Assembly: GCA_016928115.1 (NCBI GenBank)
Contig: JAFGLI010000007.1
Coordinates: 12,364-76,363, forward strand
DNA length: 64,000 bases
Origin: Candidatus Woesearchaeota archaeon
Lineage (GTDB): Archaea; Nanobdellota; Nanobdellia; Woesearchaeales; UBA9642
Direction of reading: 5' to 3'
Part shown: positions 47,525 to 56,891 of the stretch, one piece after another
Layout: every line of letters begins with the position of its first letter
How positions within the stretch are numbered: position 1 is the first letter of the stretch
The notes under the pieces: generated by a model
Seen by the model: the letters and a program-made list of their open reading frames with translations, nothing else
Told to the model about the DNA's origin: nothing
Database searches by the model: none
Translations under genes and position numbers: made by a program

Positions 47525-47869
47525 ATGTCATTAGCTATAATTAAAGGCTTCAAGAAATATCATACTGATCAGGAAATAGATAAAAGATTTTTTCTTGAAT
47601 TTAGATATGATAAAATCCCTTATAACCCCGGCCTTAAAGACAGAATAAAACATTATACAAGCAAAGATTTCTGGAAAGCCCTTTACAGGTACACAAGAAG
47701 GGGAATCGGGATAAAGATTGAGGATAACCTGCCTTCATTATCATACAAATGTGAAAATATATATCATGACTTAATGGAAAAAATCAGGGATAAAAGCCCC
47801 GACACATATAATACACTTACTTCTATATTGCTGCCTAAGATAAAAGAACAAAGTTGTCTGAGTTTATAA
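47525..47869 (+). CDS. hypothetical protein
   Basis: 114-aa ORF. Confidence 0.45.
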   Translation: MSLAIIKGFKKYHTDQEIDKRFFLEFRYDKIPYNPGLKDRIKHYTSKDFWKALYRYTRRGIGIKIEDNLPSLSYKCENIYHDLMEKIRDKSPDTYNTLTSILLPKIKEQSCLSL

Positions 47870-47880
47870 AAAAATTAAGA

Positions 47881-48162
47881 TTAATTCTTTTTTATTCTTT
47901 TCCGGAATAAATCTTTAGTCATACTAACAAGCCATGTTCTATGTAATATTAAATGTATTAAAACAAGAAAGATAATAATAAAACCTGCAATAATATGCCA
48001 GTTCAGCCAGATGTATTTCCTTATCCCGAGGAATTCCTGATAACTTCCCTGTCTCACTCCTGAAGGCAGAAAGAAGAACAATACCAGGCCTGTAACTGAG
48101 ACTATTAAAAAAACTATAAAAGAAACAAAATCAACAACATAATTTATTTTTGGCTTATTCAT
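47881..48162 (-). CDS. small 2-TM membrane protein (DUF4405-like)
   Basis: Two TM helices with conserved His residues; adjacent to the DsbD-like gene. Confidence 0.5.
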   Translation of the reverse strand: MNKPKINYVVDFVSFIVFLIVSVTGLVLFFFLPSGVRQGSYQEFLGIRKYIWLNWHIIAGFIIIFLVLIHLILHRTWLVSMTKDLFRKRIKKN

Positions 48163-48189
48163 TTTATTAAAATAATATTAATCTTATTA

Positions 48190-49599
48190 TTAAACCAATC
48201 CAAGAACCATTGCAATCCCTAATAAGACCATTATAATTCCTGCTGCAAGATGCAGATGGGTTATGTGCTTTTCCTTCCATTTATTTATGTCATCAACATT
48301 CTTAAAGCCCTGATAGACTATAAACACAACCAGGAGCATAGGGGAAACAAAGATTAAATTATAGAATAATAAAGGCAATATGTTATGGAGCATGGCAAAG
48401 CTGCATAATATTCCTCCTGTTATAATATAAGGCCCTATTGTGCATGGCAGTAAGAATAATGTAACAAACAAGCCGACTATAAAAGCGCCTTTTGGGGAAG
48501 TGACTCCTGAAATTACTTTTTTTACCTTAGGCCTCAAAAACAAGGGCATCTCTGTCCCAATGCTGCCGGGCTTGTAGGAAATGAAATCCCTTATATTAAA
48601 CAATCCCAGGATTACTGCTGCAGCCCCCAATATCTTATATAGCCAGACTCTCACTGATGTAAGAGCCTGAACAATCTGGAAGCATTTTATTATAATAAGA
48701 CCATATATGAAATACATTACAAAGACTGCAATCACAAAGGCAAATCCTGCAAAAAGAAGGTTTCTCTTGCTTTTGGGGTTATAGCTTAATATTGCAGTAA
48801 GCATTAATATCAAAACAGCCAGGGCGCATGGATTGACAGCATCCACAGCAGCAAGGGACATAATCTTGGCCCATGTAAGCTCTGTTTTCCTGCCGTCTGT
48901 TATTGTTGTGTTTGTATTTGAATTATTTCCTGTATTATTTCCGTCAATATTCATAGAATCTCCATTCCACTGGAAAACCCAGTCATCTATTTTAACAGCA
49001 TTTTCAAACTGAAGATAACTTCCTGACAAAGGCACATTCTCAGGCTCGATTATCTCAAATGTATTATTCTTAAGGACTTCAGTTATATTATCATTCAACA
49101 TTAATTCTTTTAATAATATCTCATCTCCTGAACTTCCTTTTTTCATCAGTATCTTATTTTTATGCCATATTTTGGGCTTTCCTGGTAAAGAATTAAGGCT
49201 TAAATCATCAAAACTTTCTTTTGTCCCGTCCGGCAGAGGGCATTCATTCTGTTTAAGATAACTGGTTATTGAAGAAACCCCTTGTATAATGGGCTTATCG
49301 CCTATCGGCTGGTAATCCTCATTAAATATAAGTAACGGAACACCAAGATCAGAGCCATAGTTTTCATTATACTCTGTTATCAGAGGCGCGTTTTCCCTTG
49401 TCTGATAAATCTCATATTCTATAACAACAAGATTATTATTTTCAGTTAATGCATCTTTTAAGACAACAGGATCTGAATTGGCGCAGTGCGGACAGCCTAT
49501 GCCTGTGAAATAAACAGAGCATACAATATCCTGCGCACAGACAAGACTAGGCAAAAATAAGGTTAAAATAATTAAAAATAATATTATTCTTTTATTCAT
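48190..49599 (-). CDS. thiol:disulfide interchange protein DsbD/CcdA-like with N-terminal thioredoxin-like CPHC domain
   Basis: Signal peptide; GIGCPHC redox motif; CcdA-type TM core with AAVDAVNPCA and LLPCT motifs. Confidence 0.75.
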   Translation of the reverse strand: MNKRIILFLIILTLFLPSLVCAQDIVCSVYFTGIGCPHCANSDPVVLKDALTENNNLVVIEYEIYQTRENAPLITEYNENYGSDLGVPLLIFNEDYQPIGDKPIIQGVSSITSYLKQNECPLPDGTKESFDDLSLNSLPGKPKIWHKNKILMKKGSSGDEILLKELMLNDNITEVLKNNTFEIIEPENVPLSGSYLQFENAVKIDDWVFQWNGDSMNIDGNNTGNNSNTNTTITDGRKTELTWAKIMSLAAVDAVNPCALAVLILMLTAILSYNPKSKRNLLFAGFAFVIAVFVMYFIYGLIIIKCFQIVQALTSVRVWLYKILGAAAVILGLFNIRDFISYKPGSIGTEMPLFLRPKVKKVISGVTSPKGAFIVGLFVTLFLLPCTIGPYIITGGILCSFAMLHNILPLLFYNLIFVSPMLLVVFIVYQGFKNVDDINKWKEKHITHLHLAAGIIMVLLGIAMVLGLV

Positions 49600-49695
49600 A
49601 ACATTACAAAAACAATTATTTATATAAAAATATTTCGGTTTGTTTCTCCTCTAAAAACCAAAAACTTTATAAATAATAAATGAATTGCTATTCAT

Positions 49696-50004
49696 ATGAA
49701 AAATACTTCATACCATAATTTCTTTATGAATTTTGCAAACAAAACGAAATTAGATATTATCCTGGCTTTAAAAGAAAAGCCCTTATCTGTAAATGAAATA
49801 TCAGAAAAAATAAATGAAGAGCAGAGCAAGGTCTCTCATAACCTTAAGGCATTAAAAACCTGCCATATATTGGACATGGAAAGAAAAGGGAAGAAAAGAA
49901 TATATTCATTGAACAAAGAAACAGCACTGGCAATACTGAACATTGTTGAAAAGCATGTTAAAAAAAACTGCCCTTTCAGGTGTGAAAAATGCAAAAAGAA
50001 ATAG
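49696..50004 (+). CDS. ArsR/SmtB-family HTH transcriptional regulator with C-terminal Cys cluster
   Basis: wHTH segment LSVNEISEKINEEQSKVSHNLKALK; C-terminus CPFRCEKC; overlaps the iscS start. Confidence 0.7.
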   Translation: MKNTSYHNFFMNFANKTKLDIILALKEKPLSVNEISEKINEEQSKVSHNLKALKTCHILDMERKGKKRIYSLNKETALAILNIVEKHVKKNCPFRCEKCKKK

Positions 50005-51143
50005 TATATCTGGATAATGGAGCTTCAACCAAAGCAGACCCGAAAGTATTGGAAAAAATGAAGCCTTATTTCTGTGAAATATATGGGAATGCATCATCCT
50101 CACATACTTTCGGCCAGAAATCAAAACAGGCGCTTGAAAACTCAAGGGACATTATTGCAAAATCCTTAAACTCAAAGCCTGAAGAGATTATATTCACATC
50201 AGGGGGAACTGAATCAAACAATTTCGCTTTGAAGTCCATTGCTTTCAGCAATAAAGATAAAGGGAATCACATAATCACTACTAAAATAGAGCATAAATCT
50301 ATATTAAATACATGTAAATGGCTTGAAAAGCAGGGTTTTGATATAACTTATCTGAATGTGGATAAAGAAGGATTTGTTGATCCTGAGGAATTAGAAAAAG
50401 TAATTACAGATAAAACTATCTTGGTTTCTGTGATACATGGAAACAATGAAATAGGAACAATACAAAATATTGAAGAATTAGGAAAAATATGCAAAGAGAA
50501 AAAGGTTTATTTCCATACTGACGCATGCCAGAGCTTTACCAAGACTGAATTAAATGTAAAAAAACAAAATATTGACTTAATAACAATAAACTCGCACAAA
50601 ATACACGGCCCTAAGGGGGTTGGGGCTTTGTATATAAGAAAAGGAACAAATATAAAAGCATGGCAGCACGGAGGGGAGCATGAATACAGCCTAAGGTCAG
50701 GGACTGAAAATATCCCAGGCATTGTCGGGTTTGCTGAAGCTGCTAAAATGGGGATGAATAAAAAGCATATGGATAAAATGACTGTATTAAGAGATAAGTT
50801 AATCAAAGAAATTATGACTAGAATAAAAAATGTAAAGCTGAACGGCCCTGAAGGCAATAAAAGGCTGTGCAATAATGTGAACCTTTCTTTCAAAGGCATA
50901 GAAGGAGAAGCCTTGGGAGGCTATTTAGACCAATATAATATATGCTCATCAACAGGCTCAGCATGCTCTGAAAAATCCCTTGAGCCAAGCCATGTGCTGA
51001 AAGCCATAGGATTAAACAATGAAACAGCCAACGGCTCCTTAAGGTTGACATTAAGCAGGTTTACAACAGAGGATGAGATTGAATATGTAATGTCAGTACT
51101 GCCTAAAATCGTAAATAAATTAAGGAGGCTGTCTCCTTTTTGA
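49989..51143 (+). CDS. iscS: cysteine desulfurase (IscS/NifS family)
   Basis: PLP-lysine motif INSHKIHGPKG; active-site Cys loop SSTGSACS. Confidence 0.85.
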   Translation: MQKEIVYLDNGASTKADPKVLEKMKPYFCEIYGNASSSHTFGQKSKQALENSRDIIAKSLNSKPEEIIFTSGGTESNNFALKSIAFSNKDKGNHIITTKIEHKSILNTCKWLEKQGFDITYLNVDKEGFVDPEELEKVITDKTILVSVIHGNNEIGTIQNIEELGKICKEKKVYFHTDACQSFTKTELNVKKQNIDLITINSHKIHGPKGVGALYIRKGTNIKAWQHGGEHEYSLRSGTENIPGIVGFAEAAKMGMNKKHMDKMTVLRDKLIKEIMTRIKNVKLNGPEGNKRLCNNVNLSFKGIEGEALGGYLDQYNICSSTGSACSEKSLEPSHVLKAIGLNNETANGSLRLTLSRFTTEDEIEYVMSVLPKIVNKLRRLSPF

Positions 51144-51538
51144 AAATGTACTCAGAAGAAACCATTAATAGGTTTAAGAACCCCAGATTCGGGGGTGAAA
51201 TGAAAAACCCTGATGCTGTCGGGCAGGTGGGGAATATGAAATGCGGGGATGTTATGAAGATATTCCTTAAAATAAAGGACAATATCATTAAAGACATAAG
51301 ATTCCAGACCTTCGGCTGCATTGCGGCAATAGCCTCATCAGATGCAATGTGTGAGCTGGCCAAGGGAAAGACAATAGAAGAGGCAATGAAGATAAAATAC
51401 AGTGAAATTTTGGATAAACTGGGGGAAATACCAAAACAAAAGATACACTGCTCTGTTCTTGGCACGCAGGCACTGAAAAAAGCCATCGAAAACTATAAAA
51501 AGAAACAAAACAAGAAGGAAAATAAACAAGGGGGATAA
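51140..51538 (+). CDS. iscU: Fe-S cluster scaffold protein IscU/NifU
   Basis: GNMKCGDVM, FQTFGCIAAIASS, KIHCSVL: the three conserved Cys motifs. Confidence 0.85.
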   Translation: MKMYSEETINRFKNPRFGGEMKNPDAVGQVGNMKCGDVMKIFLKIKDNIIKDIRFQTFGCIAAIASSDAMCELAKGKTIEEAMKIKYSEILDKLGEIPKQKIHCSVLGTQALKKAIENYKKKQNKKENKQGG

Positions 51539-51541
51539 AAA

Positions 51542-51715
51542 ATGAATGCTGCTAAAACTGATAATAAAGAAAAAAACTTGTTGGAGTTTCTAATAGAAAA
51601 CAATAAAGAAGTAAGCAAATGGTCTAGAGCGGAATATATATTGGCTACTTTAGATAGTAAATATCAGAAAAACATACCTGTTTTTTTCAATGTAAAAAAA
51701 GAAGATTATTCATAA
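51542..51715 (+). CDS. possible 57-aa small protein downstream of iscU
   Basis: ATG 3 nt after the iscU stop (MNAAKTDNKEKNLLEFLIENNKEVSKWSRAEYILATLDSKYQKNIPVFFNVKKEDYS); below the ORF-track cutoff. Confidence 0.3.
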   Translation: MNAAKTDNKEKNLLEFLIENNKEVSKWSRAEYILATLDSKYQKNIPVFFNVKKEDYS

Positions 51716-51729
51716 AAAGAGGTGAAAAA

Positions 51730-52488
51730 ATGAATAAATATGATCTGAATGAAAAGGTTGCCATTGTCACAGGAGCAAGAAGAGGCATAGGAAAAGGAAT
51801 AGCCTTAAAGCTTGCTGAAAACGGAGCCAAGGTTGTTGTTACAGATATAAGTAAAGAGGATTGTGAAAAGGTTGTGGATGAGATTAAAGAAAAAAATGGG
51901 GAAGCCTTAGCCTTAAAATTAGATGTAACCAATGAAGACGAGATTAAAGAGGTTGTAGATAAAACGGTTGAAAAATACGGGAAAATAGACATTCTGGTCA
52001 ATAATGCAGGAATCTATATAGCAAAGGAATTAGATAATATGGAAACATCTGAAATAGACAAAGAACTGAATATAAACCTGAAAGGACCTATATTATGCAC
52101 AAAAAACGTTCTTCCTAAAATGAAAGAGAAGAATTATGGAAAAATTATAACTATTGCCAGTATTGCAGGCTTTGTAGGATTTGCACAGTCCTCAATATAT
52201 TGTGCAACCAAAGGAGCTTTGGTAAACATGACAAGAGAATTGGCACTGGACCTTGGAAAGAATAAGATTAATGTCAATGGCATTGCTCCCGGCGTAATAG
52301 ACACTCCAATGACTAAAGATATGTTGGAAGATGAAAACATCAAAAACAACTTAATGGCAAATATTCCTTATGGAAGAATAGGGAAGCCTGAAGATATAGC
52401 AAATGCTGTTGCTTTTCTGGCAAGCGATGAGGCAGAATATATAACAGGACAGATACTTGCTGTGGACGGGGGATGGCTGACTCATTAA
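51730..52488 (+). CDS. SDR-family oxidoreductase (3-oxoacyl-ACP reductase FabG-like)
   Basis: TGARRGIGKG, NNAG, YCATKGA (YxxxK). Confidence 0.8.
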   Translation: MNKYDLNEKVAIVTGARRGIGKGIALKLAENGAKVVVTDISKEDCEKVVDEIKEKNGEALALKLDVTNEDEIKEVVDKTVEKYGKIDILVNNAGIYIAKELDNMETSEIDKELNINLKGPILCTKNVLPKMKEKNYGKIITIASIAGFVGFAQSSIYCATKGALVNMTRELALDLGKNKINVNGIAPGVIDTPMTKDMLEDENIKNNLMANIPYGRIGKPEDIANAVAFLASDEAEYITGQILAVDGGWLTH

Positions 52489-52508
52489 AATAATAATCAG
52501 GAAGAAAA

Positions 52509-52715
52509 ATGGTAAAAATAACAGAAGACACTACACTGGAAGAGGTCTTAAACTTTGAAAAGGCTCATGAGGTTTTGGTTAAGTTTAATGTTCCCTGCCT
52601 TTCATGCCCTTTTGCATCACAGGAAATGGGAACCTTAACTCTGAAAGATATAACAAATGCTTATGGGATTGATTTGAAAAAACTGCTGAAAGAACTTAAT
52701 AAGAAGATTAATTAA
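52509..52715 (+). CDS. DUF1858-like small redox-disulfide domain protein
   Basis: VPCLSCPFA...NAYGIDLKKLLKELN pattern of the hybrid-cluster-protein-associated redox disulfide domain. Confidence 0.55.
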   Translation: MVKITEDTTLEEVLNFEKAHEVLVKFNVPCLSCPFASQEMGTLTLKDITNAYGIDLKKLLKELNKKIN

Positions 52716-52720
52716 TAATC

Positions 52721-53698
52721 CTAATAAATAACAGCAATAACCTTTCCCTCAATCTGCTCAAACCTTACTTTTTCTGTGTCGGCAAGAATATTATTGTCTC
52801 CTTTGGTTATATAATAAACGCCCTGCTCATCTGTTCCTGTGTCCACAACCCTGTGGATAATAATCTCCCTGTCCTGCATGAAAGCTATTATGTCCCCTAT
52901 AGATATATCATCAGGGCTTTTTGGCAAAACCTGGACAGCATTTGCATTTTCATCAAAAACCGGTATCATAGAGCCTGTTGAGGTAAACTTAGACCACTGG
53001 GCATCTTTCACATCAAGGACTATGCTGTTTCCGTAAACATGTATCTTTTCCTGCGGCAGGTAATCTGCAGGGGCAAATGACTCATAGAATTTTATCTTTG
53101 ATGTAACATTTATTATCTGTTCAGTTATATTTGAAACAAAGGACTCTCCCTGCGGCTGCTGCTCAAGCAGTTGCGTGTTCCTGTAAAGCAGCTTTAATAT
53201 ATAATCCTGGTATAACATATTCTTATTGTTAAGGTCTTTTAACTCCATGCTCAGAACATCTATTTCCTGGCTTGACTTATATGTAAAATAAACAGTAATT
53301 GATAAAGTTAAAACTAATAAAATAAAAACCAAACTAAGGAAAACATGCAGGTTTTCACCTATTTTTTTCTGCAGCTGCTTTGAAAAATAAACCAGTTCAT
53401 TCACAACTATTTGCTTTTTTTCCAGATGTCTTATCCTTTTATTTATGGTATTTAGGTATTTTTCCTTATCAGTTATATGGTCAAGCCTGTCAGCCAGCCA
53501 TTTATCCTCGAGGACATACCTTATCCAGTTTGATATGTCCTTCTTGTTTTTATTGACATGGTACTTAAAGCCCTCTTCATCCAGTTTTTCAATCTCCTTT
53601 GCTATTTCGTATATGTTCCTGGCAATGAAGCTGTCAGAAAACCAAAAAGCCCATTCAGGCCTCACATCTGAAAGAACCTTATCAGGATTCACTCCCAT
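52721..53698 (-). CDS. type I signal peptidase (S26 family, archaeal Ser/His type) with about 200-aa N-terminal extension
   Basis: STGSMIPV (catalytic Ser box), IIIHRV (His), ITKGDNN. The N-terminal cytoplasmic domain plus a TM precede the catalytic domain. Confidence 0.7.
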   Translation of the reverse strand: MGVNPDKVLSDVRPEWAFWFSDSFIARNIYEIAKEIEKLDEEGFKYHVNKNKKDISNWIRYVLEDKWLADRLDHITDKEKYLNTINKRIRHLEKKQIVVNELVYFSKQLQKKIGENLHVFLSLVFILLVLTLSITVYFTYKSSQEIDVLSMELKDLNNKNMLYQDYILKLLYRNTQLLEQQPQGESFVSNITEQIINVTSKIKFYESFAPADYLPQEKIHVYGNSIVLDVKDAQWSKFTSTGSMIPVFDENANAVQVLPKSPDDISIGDIIAFMQDREIIIHRVVDTGTDEQGVYYITKGDNNILADTEKVRFEQIEGKVIAVIY

Positions 53699-53837
53699 AT
53701 AACACCTCTTTTTTATGAATAATTCTATAATGCGGCGATATTATTTAAATTTATCCAAAAAATCAAAAAGATTTATTAATGGATAGTGTATATTAAGATT
53801 AAATAATACTTATATTGGGGGATTATCTACAAAAGGG

Positions 53838-54719
53838 GTGATTTATATGAGCATGAAAAAGCAATTATCTACTATTAAAAATAACTGGCTGATAATAGTG
53901 TTGTTCTTTATTTTAATTCTGTTTTTAAATACAGGAAATATAGGTAATTTATCATCTTCTCTAGGTTCTGTATCAAAAGGAATAGGGGGAGCAAGATATG
54001 ATTCAGATATGGCTTATATGGAATCATCATCTCCTTATGTATCTAATCAGGATTTTGCACCTGAAGAAGAAGACAGGAAGATTACTAAGACTGCAAATAT
54101 AAGGACTGAAACAGAAAGGGGAAAATTTGAGTCTTCAGAACAAACACTTAAAAACATAGTTTCATCCTCGGACTCATTTATTCTTAATGAGAATGTAAAT
54201 AAATACGGCACAGGAAGAGGCGAATATTTACAGGGAAGTTATTATCTTAAGGTTGAAACCACAAAATATGACTCAGTAATATCTCAGTTAAAAGATATAG
54301 GGGAATTAAACTATTTCAGCGAGAATGCACAGGATATCACAGGGCAGTATACTAACACAGAGATAAACCTTGAGCTTGAAAAAGAAAGGCTTGAAAGATA
54401 TGTGGAGATGTATGAGGAAGCTAAGGATATTGATGATAAAATTACCCTTAATGACAGGATATTCAGCCAGGAGAGGACAATCAAATACCTTGAGGATTAT
54501 ATAAAGAATATGGACACGAGGATTGAATATTCCACTGTTTATTTCACAATGACAGAAGAAAGGTCAGAATATGCAAACATTGCAATAGTTAAATTTTCTG
54601 AACTTGTGGATGATTTTGTCAGCAGTGTAAATGGGCTGTTGGTATTTGTATTCAGGATAATTCCATGGGCAGTGATTATATTAATAGCAGTATTTGTATG
54701 GAATAAAAAGAAAAAATAA
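53838..54719 (+). CDS. DUF4349-like membrane-anchored protein
   Basis: N-terminal TM, coiled-coil middle, C-terminal TM: the DUF4349 layout. Confidence 0.5.
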   Translation: MIYMSMKKQLSTIKNNWLIIVLFFILILFLNTGNIGNLSSSLGSVSKGIGGARYDSDMAYMESSSPYVSNQDFAPEEEDRKITKTANIRTETERGKFESSEQTLKNIVSSSDSFILNENVNKYGTGRGEYLQGSYYLKVETTKYDSVISQLKDIGELNYFSENAQDITGQYTNTEINLELEKERLERYVEMYEEAKDIDDKITLNDRIFSQERTIKYLEDYIKNMDTRIEYSTVYFTMTEERSEYANIAIVKFSELVDDFVSSVNGLLVFVFRIIPWAVIILIAVFVWNKKKK

Positions 54720-54735
54720 AAAGAGGTGATGTATT

Positions 54736-54930
54736 GTGGCAGACAAAACCGTATTGGACTGGATTGCCTTGGTTTTGGTAATCGTAGGAGGTATTAACTG
54801 GGGATTAGTAAGTTTGCTGAATTTTAACCTTGTAGAGGTTATTTTCAGAATCCCGGTCCTGACAAAAATTGTCTATACCCTTGTAGGTCTTTCTGGGTTA
54901 TATATGATTTATTATTTAAAGAAAGAATAA
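54736..54930 (+). CDS. DUF378-family small membrane protein
   Basis: GGINWGLVSLL motif. Confidence 0.6.
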   Translation: MADKTVLDWIALVLVIVGGINWGLVSLLNFNLVEVIFRIPVLTKIVYTLVGLSGLYMIYYLKKE

Positions 54931-54955
54931 AAAATTCTTTCTTTTTTTTATTTTT

Positions 54956-55441
54956 TTATATATTAAGATAAACTATAAAATAATTGAGAAATGCTGCAAA
55001 GCTGACCCATAATATATAAGGGATTAGCAGATAAGATGCTGTTCTTGATATCCTGTAAAAGAATATTATTGACAGCAATATTGCTGCCCATAAGAATATT
55101 ATTTCTATGAATGCATATAATGGTGACTTTAAACCAAAGAACAATATTGACCATAAGGTATTAAGAACTAATTGAACTCCAAATATAGAAACTGCTTTTT
55201 TAGACTGTTTTGTTTTTATGCCTTTATCCCAAACAATATACAAAGAAATTCCCATCAAAAAGAATAAGGTTATCCACACAGGAGAGAAAACCCAGTTAGG
55301 AGGGTTAAATGAAGGTTTTGTTAAGCCAATGTACCAAGTATTTACTGAAGAAACTGTAAAGAAAGAGCCAATTATTCCAGCTAACTGACATATTACAATT
55401 GATACAGCAAGTTTCCAGTAGTTTATTTTATATTTAATCAT
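54956..55441 (-). CDS. tspO: TspO/MBR family tryptophan-rich sensory protein
   Basis: Five TM helices, NPPNWVFSPVW motif. Confidence 0.75.
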   Translation of the reverse strand: MIKYKINYWKLAVSIVICQLAGIIGSFFTVSSVNTWYIGLTKPSFNPPNWVFSPVWITLFFLMGISLYIVWDKGIKTKQSKKAVSIFGVQLVLNTLWSILFFGLKSPLYAFIEIIFLWAAILLSIIFFYRISRTASYLLIPYILWVSFAAFLNYFIVYLNI

Positions 55442-55481
55442 TTTAAATATACTGATAAAAATATATTAATATAAAATAATA

Positions 55482-55877
55482 TTATTGAATCTGCTCACCA
55501 GCATTTTCGCCAGTCATTGAATTATAGACTGAATGTACAGTCACAATTATTGCACCTTTTGCAGGATATTTATCGCCTTTTAATTTCATCCATTTAAAGG
55601 CTTCTTCATATTCTTCTCCTTCAGTAAAGTAAGAAGCAGTGCCTTTGATTTGATATGACTCTTTTTCTTTTCTTATAAGAATTGCAATCTCAGGATTTTC
55701 CTGAATATTTTTAATCGTTTTCTTCATAAAATTATCGACAATTACTATTTTTCCATCTTCTCTTATATATTTGCCTCCAATGTTACAGATGTTTGGCTTT
55801 CCCTCTTTTGTTGACGTTGCAAGCTGATGGTAGGTTTCATTTTCAAAAATATCAGATATTTTTTTATTTAATAACAT
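55482..55877 (-). CDS. pyridoxamine 5'-phosphate oxidase-like FMN-binding split-barrel protein
   Basis: 131 aa, PNPOx-like pattern. Confidence 0.6.
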   Translation of the reverse strand: MLLNKKISDIFENETYHQLATSTKEGKPNICNIGGKYIREDGKIVIVDNFMKKTIKNIQENPEIAILIRKEKESYQIKGTASYFTEGEEYEEAFKWMKLKGDKYPAKGAIIVTVHSVYNSMTGENAGEQIQ

Positions 55878-55928
55878 TTCAAACCTCCTTAAATTTGAAT
55901 TCTGACATTTTAATCAGAAATAAATTTA

Positions 55929-56672
55929 TTAATCATTATCCACTCTTGGGGCTAATATAAATGCCAGAGATACCTTATCAACAACATTATACTCTAATTT
56001 TAGAGGGTAGTCACTGCTGAATTTCAGTGTTGTCTGCTCGCTTAGTTTAGAGCCCTGTATCATTTTCTTCAGGTATTCTATGGAATACTTGGATTTTGAG
56101 TTCTCATCACATATAATATTTACATTGTCCCCCTGGCTTATCTCAACATCTGCCTTGTTTAAATCACCTGAAGAAGAAACTATTAATCTGCTTTTTGATG
56201 ACTCTAATTTTACAGACTCCCCGACTATGCCAACATCGCCGATTGCATTGTCCATTATAGCTGAAGGCAGGGTGACTGTTGTCTTAAACTGCAGGTCAGG
56301 AGCCTTTTTTTCCTCCTCATCCAGATCAATCAAATGAAGTATAAATGTCCTTGTGCTTTTCCCGTTTATTACCACCTTTAATTTATTGTCAGTTAATTCA
56401 AAAGTTATGCTCTCATTTGCGCCTGCCCTCCTGAGGACCTGCTTCAGATTATTTAGATTGATTCCGAACTCAACTTTGCCTTTTTTGTCAATATCATATT
56501 TTGAAAAAGAACTACTCAAAAGCTTGAATATGACCATAGCAACATTTGCAGGGTCCATTGCCCTAAGCTCCATGCCGTTTTTATCAACCTCGAATTTTGC
56601 CTCGCTGACCAGATCAGAGATTATGCTGACCGGTGTTTTAATGAATTCAGAATCATCTAAAGTCAATTTCAT
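55929..56672 (-). CDS. pcn: DNA polymerase sliding clamp PCNA
   Basis: 247 aa; two-domain PCNA pattern; C-terminal acidic tail. Confidence 0.85.
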   Translation of the reverse strand: MKLTLDDSEFIKTPVSIISDLVSEAKFEVDKNGMELRAMDPANVAMVIFKLLSSSFSKYDIDKKGKVEFGINLNNLKQVLRRAGANESITFELTDNKLKVVINGKSTRTFILHLIDLDEEEKKAPDLQFKTTVTLPSAIMDNAIGDVGIVGESVKLESSKSRLIVSSSGDLNKADVEISQGDNVNIICDENSKSKYSIEYLKKMIQGSKLSEQTTLKFSSDYPLKLEYNVVDKVSLAFILAPRVDND

Positions 56673-56891
56673 TTTTCATTACCCCCATTAATATTAATTA
56701 ATAATAAGACAATTATACTATATATAACTGCATTAAAATAAAAAAACAGATTTATTAATAAATGTTTTGATTTTTGTTTTTGAAAATCAAAGCTACGAAC
56801 GAAGTGACTATGTTTTGATTTTATAAACAAGTATTTTTCATAAAAAATAAAAGTTCAATAGTTTTATAAATAATATATAAATCCTGAAAAC

